DNA of 32,000 nt from a virus. Positions 8,082-15,296 of this stretch are shown one piece after another. The notes beneath the pieces were generated by a model. That model was given only the letters and a program-made list of their open reading frames with translations. It searched no databases and was not told where the DNA came from. The stretch's first letter is position 1. The number at the start of each line of letters is the position of its first letter. Both the position numbers and the translations under genes were made by a program. The DNA lies in the IMG/VR virus record IMGVR_UViG_3300045988_146431, positions 12,528 to 44,527 of that record; one strand, written 5' to 3'.

Positions 8082-8652
8082 ACGAAACCATTTTAATTAT
8101 TATGTTACAAACGAAAGAAAACAACCACACATTTACGTTGAAGCGTTAGGAACTCCAAGCGCTTCAACTGAAAAAGTTTTAAAAGATCATGGTTTTAAAT
8201 TTGATCATAATAAATGTATGTATGCAGCAGCTCAAACAAATGACTTGAGGTTGTTCGTGGCGCATGATCTTGACAAGCTTTTCAACTATGATATTCAAAT
8301 ATATTTCAATACTGAAGCTAAAAAAGAACTTTTCGCGCCTGATATCCAAGAAATAAAAGATATCTGTTATTATTTCAAAATTTATAAATGCTATGTTGAT
8401 ATTTTAAATAAGGATCTTTTTAAGATCTGTAAGCCTGGATCAAAAAGCTTGCTAGCAACTTATAATACCAGCTTTAAAACTATAGATGTTTTTAATAGAA
8501 ACAAGCTTATAGAAAGCTATGTGTATAATAATGGTAAAATCGAGAAAATGATCGTAGAAAAAGCTGCACCAAAAAAGAAGAAAGCAGCAACTACAGAAAC
8601 AGAACAACAAAAAATCAATAAAATGTTAGAAGAGTTTGAGTTTCCATTTTAG
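8062..8652 (+). CDS. Hypothetical protein (196 aa), Lys-rich C-terminal tail
   Basis: TAGGAGGG lies 7 nt upstream of the ATG. No family recognised. Confidence 0.65.
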   Translation: MTMWKRERNHFNYYVTNERKQPHIYVEALGTPSASTEKVLKDHGFKFDHNKCMYAAAQTNDLRLFVAHDLDKLFNYDIQIYFNTEAKKELFAPDIQEIKDICYYFKIYKCYVDILNKDLFKICKPGSKSLLATYNTSFKTIDVFNRNKLIESYVYNNGKIEKMIVEKAAPKKKKAATTETEQQKINKMLEEFEFPF

Positions 8653-8665
8653 GGGGTAAAAATAT

Positions 8666-9223
8666 ATGGGATATATTGGAAATAAAATGAGCGTGCGCGC
8701 TTATGAAGCTTATGAAAGTGGTGAAAAGCCACTTTCAAAATGGACTAAAAACGATATTATAGAATGCGTTTTAAATGTTAGAAATGACTTTCAAGAAAAA
8801 GAATTAAAAATTTATAGCAAAGAAGTTTTAAAAGCTTTTCTAATCTGTAGCTCTTGGCATCATACGGGATCATATTTCAATGAAACTAATTTCTATAGTT
8901 TAGATCTTGATTTTATTGAACTATCAAAAATTGAAATAATCCAGGTACTTGAAAAGAAGAAAAAAGATCTTGAAAAAGAGAAAGAAGAAAAAAAGATTTT
9001 AAAACTTCAAAAATGCAAATTTAAATATATTGAATGGGCCGGAACTCGAAAACATCCAAAAGCAATAGAAAAAGAATCATACGGCATCATAAAAGGATCA
9101 TGGATATACTACAAAGACGGCAAAAAGTCATTAAATGGTAAATATGTTCATGTGGTTGAAATGCTTGAACGTGCACCGCGCGGAACTGCTGCACTATTTA
9201 AACAAATTGAAAAGGACTTGTGA
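8666..9223 (+). CDS. Hypothetical protein (185 aa)
   Basis: AGGGGGT RBS. N-terminal MSVRAYEAYESGEKPLSKWTK and SSWHHTGSYFNETNFY motifs look familiar from mobile-element leading-region proteins, but I cannot name the family. Confidence 0.65.
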   Translation: MGYIGNKMSVRAYEAYESGEKPLSKWTKNDIIECVLNVRNDFQEKELKIYSKEVLKAFLICSSWHHTGSYFNETNFYSLDLDFIELSKIEIIQVLEKKKKDLEKEKEEKKILKLQKCKFKYIEWAGTRKHPKAIEKESYGIIKGSWIYYKDGKKSLNGKYVHVVEMLERAPRGTAALFKQIEKDL

Positions 9224-9237
9224 AAGTCCTTTTTTTA
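9211..9237. terminator. Bidirectional intrinsic terminator between convergent genes
   Basis: AAGGACTT (9212-9219) pairs with AAGTCCTT (9224-9231), followed by TTTTTT. An A-run sits on the other side. The stop TGA of 8666..9223 is in the loop. Confidence 0.7.
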
Positions 9238-9786
9238 ATGTCTTCTCATTTCTTTTTGAATCAGCTTTTTTTTGACTGGATTCGATGCGAAAAAGTTCAT
9301 GAAAAGTTTTGTTTTAAACTCGTATTCTTTTTGATCCATTTCTTTTATATCCAAAACTCTTTTAAATATCACTATCGCAATAAAGTTTGCAAACAAGTTT
9401 GCATCTTTTTCTATTTCCTGATTCTCATAGTGTTTGCTGCTTGAATCCTTATAACTTTCAAGTTCATTTTTCCATATAGAAACGCTTCTTTCATCCATAG
9501 AAAATACTTTTTGATTCTTCTTATATACACATGCATATTGATATAAATGTCTAATTTCATGAGCTAGATATATATAAACTAGACTTCTATCTTTGCATAA
9601 ATCCAAGTTCACACAAATTACATTTTCTTTAGGGTATGATGTACATATGCTGGTATCTTTCACTTGAAAAAGTTCTTTATTGATTGGCTTATTTTTAAGA
9701 TCATAAAACTTTTCATTTTCTTTAAAGTAAACTTTTGGAATCTTTATATTTAATAGTGTGCATAGAAAACTTACATAATCATTCAT
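9235..9786 (-). CDS. Putative zinc metallopeptidase (HExxH)
   Basis: 183-aa ORF with YIYLAHEIRHLYQYA (HExxH). Size and context are compatible with ImmA/IrrE-like or SprT-like peptidases. Family not resolved. Confidence 0.6.
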   Translation of the reverse strand: MNDYVSFLCTLLNIKIPKVYFKENEKFYDLKNKPINKELFQVKDTSICTSYPKENVICVNLDLCKDRSLVYIYLAHEIRHLYQYACVYKKNQKVFSMDERSVSIWKNELESYKDSSSKHYENQEIEKDANLFANFIAIVIFKRVLDIKEMDQKEYEFKTKLFMNFFASNPVKKKLIQKEMRRH

Positions 9787-9823
9787 GCATCCATTATATC
9801 TGAAAAACTTTATTTTGAAAAAC

Positions 9824-10111
9824 TTATTTATCTAGGATCAAAAAAACTTTTTCAAGTTGTTCTTGAGACGTTGGAAAAAACTTTTGAGATTCTTTTTCAT
9901 ACTTGCATAGAATCGAACCGTCAAAAAACTTTTCCAGCAACTGAGAAAACTTTTCTTTCTTCACATAATAAACATAATTCACAGGCACATCTTCATCATC
10001 ATGCGCATTGTATTCAAAAACTTTTTCAACAAACTTAGAACAAATAACACCAATCTGTACATTATCATACTTTACAAAAACTTCTTTGTAAGAAAACTTA
10101 TTTGTATCCAT
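9824..10111 (-). CDS. Hypothetical protein (95 aa), paralog of the next gene
   Basis: ATG 10111 lies 7 nt after AGGAG (the track start 10144 would overlap the upstream gene). Rich in K-F / K-V-F dipeptides. Loosely alignable to 10134..10487 (FVKYDN..VIC versus FVQYGD..VCV). Confidence 0.55.
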   Translation of the reverse strand: MDTNKFSYKEVFVKYDNVQIGVICSKFVEKVFEYNAHDDEDVPVNYVYYVKKEKFSQLLEKFFDGSILCKYEKESQKFFPTSQEQLEKVFLILDK

Positions 10112-10133
10112 TTCATCACTCCTAAAAAACTTT

Positions 10134-10487
10134 CTACACATCAACTAATGTTATCATAAACTTTTTATAATCTTCATCTGACTTTAGATAAATCTTATTG
10201 CAACCATTCATTACGTCTTCATAGTTTAAGCAATCAATTTCATTATCTAAAAACTTTCTATATAAACTTTTGAATTGCGGTTCACAAATATAATGTTTAA
10301 TAACGAGTATACCATTCTTATCATAATTACACCTATAAAACTTTTCATCTGCCATATAAACACATACAACACGATCTCCGTATTGTACAAATAAACTTTG
10401 TGTATTATTGATCATAAACAGCTTATTAAGCTCCTCACCTATATTTATATGTTTTTCCCATAAAAACTTTGGTAATTTGTATTTCAT
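10134..10487 (-). CDS. Hypothetical protein (117 aa)
   Basis: AGGAG lies 8 nt upstream of ATG 10487. Confidence 0.6.
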   Translation of the reverse strand: MKYKLPKFLWEKHINIGEELNKLFMINNTQSLFVQYGDRVVCVYMADEKFYRCNYDKNGILVIKHYICEPQFKSLYRKFLDNEIDCLNYEDVMNGCNKIYLKSDEDYKKFMITLVDV

Positions 10488-10536
10488 TTTCTTTTCTCCT
10501 AAAAACTTTTATAAAAAACTTTTCATAATACCGTTC

Positions 10537-10812
10537 CTATTTATCTGCAATCGTTTCTACATAACAATTATAATAAATATATCTTTTTCCATCATAGTCA
10601 AATTTTACATATCCACCATCCTTTGCTTCAATATCAATTCTTCCCTCATAGCTTGCTAAAACTTTTCCATCTGCTGTATACACATTGATTATTCTATCCA
10701 ATCCACCATTCAAATCAGATTTTACATCAGTACCAAAGCGATCCATAGATGCACATCCAAATAAGGAAACGCCAATCATTCCAACCATTAATAATTTGTA
10801 TAATTTATTCAT
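10537..10812 (-). CDS. Small lipoprotein (91 aa)
   Basis: MNKLYKLLMVGMIGVSLFGCASMD is a signal peptide with lipobox LFGC. GAGGA RBS lies before ATG 10812 (the track ORF starts 18 codons earlier). Confidence 0.7.
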   Translation of the reverse strand: MNKLYKLLMVGMIGVSLFGCASMDRFGTDVKSDLNGGLDRIINVYTADGKVLASYEGRIDIEAKDGGYVKFDYDGKRYIYYNCYVETIADK

Positions 10813-10852
10813 TTTATTCCTCTTTTCTTTGACAATCCTATAAAGCACACAT

Positions 10853-11017
10853 TTATTCAAATTCAATATATCTTGTATCTTTCACTTTCCCACATTTCAA
10901 ACACACAAGATACTGAGTCTCACCGCTGATACAATGAAACATCTCATTCTTTACACACCAAGTAAATTCATGCTTACAGAATAATCTTTTAAAAAACCAT
11001 TTAATTTTGTTTATCAT
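10853..11017 (-). CDS. Possible small zinc-ribbon protein (54 aa)
   Basis: Hand translation: MINKIKWFFKRLFCKHEFTWCVKNEMFHCISGETQYLVCLKCGKVKDTRYIEFE (CxH...C...CxxC). Weak RBS. Below the track cutoff. Confidence 0.35.
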   Translation of the reverse strand: MINKIKWFFKRLFCKHEFTWCVKNEMFHCISGETQYLVCLKCGKVKDTRYIEFE

Positions 11018-11030
11018 CTGAACTTCTTTC

Positions 11031-11136
11031 TATGTCCGATAACTATATATTATCAGACTAACTACAAACCTTTTAAAAGCCTAGTAAATAGGCTACTTTG
11101 TAACACTTTTCTAAAATAAAAACTTTGTGAAATTTT
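11031..11136. repeat. Direct repeat copy B (partner of 6041-6146)
   Basis: See copy A. Offset between copies is about 4.99 kb. On the minus strand it contains the hairpin AGCCTA-N5-TAGGCT followed by TTTTAAAA, and then a TGATAATAT extended -10-like element. Confidence 0.6.
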
Positions 11137-11155
11137 CAACCACGTTTTTATGCAA

Positions 11156-11386
11156 TTAATAACACCTTGTTATTGGAATTAAAGTAGTTATTCTTCCATT
11201 GTATACAGGTATAAAAGTAGTGCTGCAATGTGATGATGTATTAGACGATGTATTATTTGAGTCATCAGAAACAACAGCTGCACACAACACAATTAAAACA
11301 ATTGTAGTAATAAGCGTACCAAACAATATTATTTCACAGATATAATCTCCAATCCATTCACCTATTCTTTTTAACATATCAATCAT
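11156..11386 (-). CDS. Small membrane protein (76 aa)
   Basis: One hydrophobic helix (ICEIILFGTLITTIVLIVLCAAVV) and an S/N/T-rich tail. ATGA overlap with the upstream gene. Confidence 0.5.
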   Translation of the reverse strand: MIDMLKRIGEWIGDYICEIILFGTLITTIVLIVLCAAVVSDDSNNTSSNTSSHCSTTFIPVYNGRITTLIPITRCY

Positions 11387-11850
11387 TTGCTTAAATCTCC
11401 CATGACGAGCTTTTTAAGCTCTTTTTTCATTGCGTAATACATTTTCATTCTGCTACAGTACTTTTCTCCTGAAAGCTTCTCAAACGACTCTCCATCGATA
11501 TAATGACGTTTCATATATAAACGAACATCATCATTTGGAATAAGATCAATAATTGTTTCAACTTCTCTCATCTTTCCTAAGATAAGATTCTTGTCATCTT
11601 CAAGCACTTTTTCTTTTGAAATAAACTTTACAAGAACATCATTTGTAATGTCCTTATTTTTCTTTGAATCCAACCTTTGTTCAAATGATGGTGACTTTGG
11701 ATCTGAAAATTCTTTTTTGCGAACCTCCAAATCCTTCAAAATTCCATCTAACGATTTAAACTTTCTTTCATAGATCTTGAACATTTCAAGTTTTTTAATC
11801 AGTGTATCCACCTGAACATCTACATATTCTTCATAATCCGTTTTACTCAT
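11383..11850 (-). CDS. Putative phage transcription regulator, sigma-70 region-4-like (DUF1492/RinA/ArpU style)
   Basis: 155 aa. Coiled-coil N-terminus, then DDVRLYMKRHYIDGESFEKLSGEKYCSRMKMYYAMKKELKKL. This parallels the remembered DUF1492 C-terminus (..vl..rYi.g.t.eeIa.e...S.r.v...h..AL). AGGAG RBS. Confidence 0.5.
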   Translation of the reverse strand: MSKTDYEEYVDVQVDTLIKKLEMFKIYERKFKSLDGILKDLEVRKKEFSDPKSPSFEQRLDSKKNKDITNDVLVKFISKEKVLEDDKNLILGKMREVETIIDLIPNDDVRLYMKRHYIDGESFEKLSGEKYCSRMKMYYAMKKELKKLVMGDLSK

Positions 11851-11858
11851 TTTCTCTC

Positions 11859-12005
11859 CTATGCAATTTCTTCAATTTCCTCAATGCTGCATGATGGAAA
11901 TTTCATATAGAACTTATACATTGCCATGCTTTTTGATTCATCCATAACTTCCATCACACAAATATTATTGTCTTTGATATATTTAATTCTGAATTTTTTT
12001 AACAT
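11859..12005 (-). CDS. Small hypothetical protein (48 aa)
   Basis: AAAGGA RBS. Hand translation: MLKKFRIKYIKDNNICVMEVMDESKSMAMYKFYMKFPSCSIEEIEEIA. Fills the gap between flanking genes. Confidence 0.4.
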   Translation of the reverse strand: MLKKFRIKYIKDNNICVMEVMDESKSMAMYKFYMKFPSCSIEEIEEIA

Positions 12006-12035
12006 CTTTTTCCTTTCTAAAATCAGTCACACTCA

Positions 12036-12332
12036 TTATTCATCATCCTTTAAGTAATCAAACTCTTTCATTAACTCATCCTTTGTTCTTTCAAACTCTG
12101 ATTCAATTTGTTTCTGTACATCAATCTTAGTTTGTTTAAACCATTTCTTTTTGAACTTAGTAACTGATTCACGATAACGTTTTTCATCACAGTCACACGA
12201 CTGCCACCACTCTAAATCATGCAGCACTTTAACTAAATCTTTCATCATTTCATTTAATTGAGAATCGTACATTCTATTAACGCATTCTTCCTCAACTCTT
12301 GAATATATATAACTATAACTTCCACCGCTCAT
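12036..12332 (-). CDS. Hypothetical protein (98 aa)
   Basis: GAGGA RBS. MSGGSYSYIYSRVEE... is a small acidic phage-type protein. Confidence 0.6.
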   Translation of the reverse strand: MSGGSYSYIYSRVEEECVNRMYDSQLNEMMKDLVKVLHDLEWWQSCDCDEKRYRESVTKFKKKWFKQTKIDVQKQIESEFERTKDELMKEFDYLKDDE

Positions 12333-12429
12333 CGTCTATCCTCGCTTTTACACATAATATCAAATCTATTAACAGTCTTGTAATGGTAAATGATACACAG
12401 AAAATAGTTATTATCATATTTCCTTCCAT

Positions 12430-12630
12430 TTACTGTACCTCCTCAAAGTCTTCATAAGAACCGCGATACATACATTTGTATGCTCGCAAGTCCTTTTTCT
12501 TTTGTTCCAATTCGTGCATTAACACTTCATTCTGATATTCTAAATTGTTGATTCTTCCAGATACAACAATCGAATACAACATCATTGCTGCAATGCTACC
12601 GAAAAAGAGTCCTGCAATAAAATAAATCAT
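12430..12630 (-). CDS. Small membrane protein (66 aa)
   Basis: N-terminal TM (IYFIAGLFFGSIAAMMLYSIVV) plus a coiled coil. ATG 12630 shares 1 nt with the upstream stop. Confidence 0.55.
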   Translation of the reverse strand: MIYFIAGLFFGSIAAMMLYSIVVSGRINNLEYQNEVLMHELEQKKKDLRAYKCMYRGSYEDFEEVQ

Positions 12631-12860
12631 CACTCATTCTCTCCGACAAATTCAATCTGTTCTCTGTCTACGCAAAATCTAGCACCATCATTAAACTCAA
12701 TGTCATATAAATATTCATTTGAGCTAACAATTCCACGTATATTTTGTTTGTGTATTACGTTTCCAATCTTACCTACATAATAACTTTTGTATTTTCTAGT
12801 ACTGCTAATCAATTCATTTTCGTATTTATCAACTAAATATAATAATCTAGCTTTACGCAT
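12630..12860 (-). CDS. Hypothetical protein (76 aa)
   Basis: ATG 12860 (TAATG junction, GAGGTAA RBS) is preferred over the track TTG at 12878. Confidence 0.55.
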   Translation of the reverse strand: MRKARLLYLVDKYENELISSTRKYKSYYVGKIGNVIHKQNIRGIVSSNEYLYDIEFNDGARFCVDREQIEFVGENE

Positions 12861-13090
12861 TAGTCGATTACCTCGCAATTTCTTAAAATCTCATTGATTG
12901 ATACATTATCCGGAACATTTCTAAAAAGTCCATATTTCTTTACTTCCAGTAAAGACACATATCTATTTATTGGCTTATTTCCAAGATTTCCTTCAAACAT
13001 CAGCAATATACAGTATTCATTTTGTCTTAACCTGTATAAAGGCTCCTTGTATTCTTTTCTAGGAAGCATCAATCCTGCTTGTCGTATCAT
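12860..13090 (-). CDS. Stand-alone copy of the NCEV-tail domain (76 aa)
   Basis: Aligns to the C-terminal ~65 aa of the 167- and 173-aa paralogs (YK..LY.L.Q.E......LLEVKKYGLFRNV....INEILRNCEVID). ATGA overlap with the upstream gene. Confidence 0.55.
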   Translation of the reverse strand: MIRQAGLMLPRKEYKEPLYRLRQNEYCILLMFEGNLGNKPINRYVSLLEVKKYGLFRNVPDNVSINEILRNCEVID

Positions 13091-13590
13091 TGAATAACCT
13101 CACAATTTTTTAAAACATCCTGAATCTTTGTATCGTGATCAATACATTTGAAATATCCTTTATCTTTTAACTCTATTAATTGCTTAAACTCTGAAATTTT
13201 ACAACTTTCATGACAATCACGGTATGTTTGAATTATATCAAATTCAAACTGGCTCAATTTATATGGTAGCTTTTTGTATGGCTGCTTTAACCATCTAAAT
13301 TTTCCTTCGATACAATCACCATTAAAGTCACATTCACTACACTGTGTGACCGAGCACTTCGTAACTCTTCCATCAATTAGAGCAAAATCACCCATGTTTA
13401 GTTTTGACAAGTATTCAAAATAATGTTCGAAATTTGTTTCTTGTTTATCTTCAAAATGCTCATTTACTAATCCGAGAAGTAAATTGAAATCTTGGATAAA
13501 CATTCCTACTGCACTAATAGATCTATCAAAATTATTATACGCATTATCAATTCGATCTAACGCTAATAAGTATTCTTCCTTTGTTTTCAT
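13087..13590 (-). CDS. Cys-cluster protein, paralog B2 (167 aa)
   Basis: MKTKEEY...VNEHFEDKQETNFEHY...KCSVTQCSECDFNGDC...KDKGYFKCIDHDTKIQDVLKNCEVIQ. TAATG junction and GGGTGG RBS, as in its paralog. Confidence 0.65.
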   Translation of the reverse strand: MKTKEEYLLALDRIDNAYNNFDRSISAVGMFIQDFNLLLGLVNEHFEDKQETNFEHYFEYLSKLNMGDFALIDGRVTKCSVTQCSECDFNGDCIEGKFRWLKQPYKKLPYKLSQFEFDIIQTYRDCHESCKISEFKQLIELKDKGYFKCIDHDTKIQDVLKNCEVIQ

Positions 13591-13808
13591 TAAATCCACC
13601 CTAATTCCTTACACTGTTGATTAATCGCTTTTACCAATTTACAGTCTAAGAATTCGTGCCCTAAACCATGTTGTGTTGAAATTCCAACTCCATTGGTGCA
13701 AAAGTTTACCCATGTAAATGGGTCATTCTTCTTGATATACACAGGACTTATGCATTCATCACATTTTTTGTATCCTAATTCTTCAAACATCTCCTTAGCA
13801 CTTTTCAT
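13590..13808 (-). CDS. Small protein, paralog A2 (72 aa)
   Basis: MKSAKEMFEELGYKKCDE...QQCKELGWI. ATG 13808 lies 7 nt after GAGGTG. Confidence 0.6.
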   Translation of the reverse strand: MKSAKEMFEELGYKKCDECISPVYIKKNDPFTWVNFCTNGVGISTQHGLGHEFLDCKLVKAINQQCKELGWI

Positions 13809-14316
13809 CTTTAACCACCTCACAATTATCTAAGATTTCACAAATTGGAATATTTGTACCAATGTCTTTAAAATATCCTTTTTTATACAATTCAAGCAAA
13901 GTACCGTAATTTGAAATACACTGCCGCATTCCACTATTTTTATATGCATTCAATAAATTGCATTCGCATTGTGTTAATTTGTATGTTGTTTTTTCATATG
14001 TGCTAGCTAACCATTCTTTTATCTTTTCGCTACATCCATGTCCTGTACTAAATCCGCAATTGCTACAATTAACACTACTGCATTTACAAAGCTTTCCGCC
14101 GACTAGCGCTAAAGTAAAGCCGGAATCTTCTATGATTTCATCTTTGTAATGCTCGTAATTAGTTTCTGGATGTTCTTCAAAATGCTCATTAATTAATGAT
14201 GATAAAAAATCTAAGTTTACCGCAATTTGTTCTAACGCCCATTCGTCACAAATTGAAGAATAAAACGCTTCTCTAATCTTTTTTATAGCTTTTTCATATT
14301 CTTCTTTTGTTGTCAT
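13795..14316 (-). CDS. Cys-cluster protein, paralog B1 (173 aa)
   Basis: MTTKEEY...INEHFEEHPETNYEHY...KCSSVNCSNCGFSTGHGC...YKKGYFKDIGTNIPICEILDNCEVV. Confidence 0.65.
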   Translation of the reverse strand: MTTKEEYEKAIKKIREAFYSSICDEWALEQIAVNLDFLSSLINEHFEEHPETNYEHYKDEIIEDSGFTLALVGGKLCKCSSVNCSNCGFSTGHGCSEKIKEWLASTYEKTTYKLTQCECNLLNAYKNSGMRQCISNYGTLLELYKKGYFKDIGTNIPICEILDNCEVVKDEKC

Positions 14317-14543
14317 TAAATCCACCCCAATTCATTCATCTGTTGTTGAACCGCTTGTAACTCATTTGCAGTTAAACTTTTTATTTGATTTGCCATTCCA
14401 CATTTCGTATACGAATCAAAATTTTTATCTTCTAAATTAAATTGAATTACGTGAGGCATAATACTTCCTTTTTTATAAACAACACAATCGCCAAAAGCAC
14501 ATTTTTTATACCCTAGCTTTTCAAACATTTCTCTAGCAGTCAT
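14316..14543 (-). CDS. Small protein, paralog A1 (75 aa)
   Basis: MTAREMFEKLGYKKCAF...QQQMNELGWI. Same termini as A2. Confidence 0.6.
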   Translation of the reverse strand: MTAREMFEKLGYKKCAFGDCVVYKKGSIMPHVIQFNLEDKNFDSYTKCGMANQIKSLTANELQAVQQQMNELGWI

Positions 14544-14812
14544 TTATCTTCACTTCTTTCATATTCTTTAATTCCTAAAAATAATTTTTCACATTCGTCA
14601 TGTGTGCATTTAACACCATTTATTCGTGTTGGATAAATCTTATCTACCCAACCACAATGACCGCAGTGTAACAAAGCCCACATACCAGCACCGTTACACA
14701 AAATTGAATAAGCAAGATTATATCTTTCTTCGTTATTCAATTTTTCCGTTCTTTTACAATTAGGGCATTTATGTGATTTTGCGATTCCTAGACTATTTAT
14801 TCCTTTTATCAT
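14540..14812 (-). CDS. Zinc-finger-like small protein (90 aa)
   Basis: CPNCKR...HCGHCGW...CTHDEC. ATGA-type coupling with neighbours. Confidence 0.6.
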   Translation of the reverse strand: MIKGINSLGIAKSHKCPNCKRTEKLNNEERYNLAYSILCNGAGMWALLHCGHCGWVDKIYPTRINGVKCTHDECEKLFLGIKEYERSEDK

Positions 14813-15024
14813 AAATCTACCTCACTATTAAGCCACTTTTCTTTGCATTTAAAACACATTTCTCTTGTTGGAAGTTCAGAGTTTTTATTACACAACGCTC
14901 TTTTATCTTCGCCAAAATACGGACAAGCAACATTGTAATAAACAGTTGATTCATAACTAGCACCACTATCATCGATATAATCAGGGTCGCTCAATTGATT
15001 TATTAAGTACTTTCTGTTTGTCAC
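14809..15024 (-). CDS. Cys-rich small protein (71 aa)
   Basis: GTG start overlapping the upstream stop (GTGA). CPYF...C...CFKC. Confidence 0.55.
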   Translation of the reverse strand: MTNRKYLINQLSDPDYIDDSGASYESTVYYNVACPYFGEDKRALCNKNSELPTREMCFKCKEKWLNSEVDL

Positions 15025-15296
15025 TCTTCTTCACTCCAATCTAGTGCCTGTCCACAGTCAGGACAATACTTTTGATTGCTAAATACTCTATTAGGTTTAC
15101 CACCTAGTTTATTGAGTTCGCCTTTGCAAACAGGGCATAATCCCCATTTAACAACTGGAGTACATACATCTAATGGTTTTTTTGGAGTTGCTCTTTCAAC
15201 CAATTCTTGTAATGTTTCGCATGAACTGAAATAAAAGTTTTGTAAATACTTTGCAATGGAAGTAATTCTTTTAACTTCATACTTCCACCCTATCAT
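15021..15296 (-). CDS. Zinc-ribbon small protein (about 91 aa)
   Basis: CPVCKGEL...YCPDCGQ. Start set at the internal ATG 15296 (MIGWKY) to limit overlap with the upstream gene. Start is uncertain. Confidence 0.55.
   Translation of the reverse strand: MIGWKYEVKRITSIAKYLQNFYFSSCETLQELVERATPKKPLDVCTPVVKWGLCPVCKGELNKLGGKPNRVFSNQKYCPDCGQALDWSEEE

Larger units (their letters stand above)
9709..10519. repeat. Dense same-orientation array of AAA(A)CTT(T) motifs
   Basis: The motif C falls at 9709, 9732, 9770, 9808, 9823, 9847, 9881, 9929, 9950, 10021, 10034, 10081, 10097, 10130, 10161, 10254, 10267, 10341, 10396, 10467, 10506 and 10519. Thirteen of these are full AAAACTTT. See finding. Confidence 0.6.

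Noticed and set aside
9220-10659. Plus-strand ORFs 9220..9444 and 10408..10659
   Set aside because: These are antisense shadows of minus-strand genes. Their F/I/L/K-rich translations are generated by the AAAACTTT-rich DNA.
12313-12417. 34-aa hydrophobic mini-ORF (MIITIFCVSFTITRLLIDLILCVKARIDDERWKL) with a GGAAGGA upstream
   Set aside because: It is very short, overlaps the start of 12036..12332 in another frame, and the RBS spacing is tight. The evidence is insufficient.
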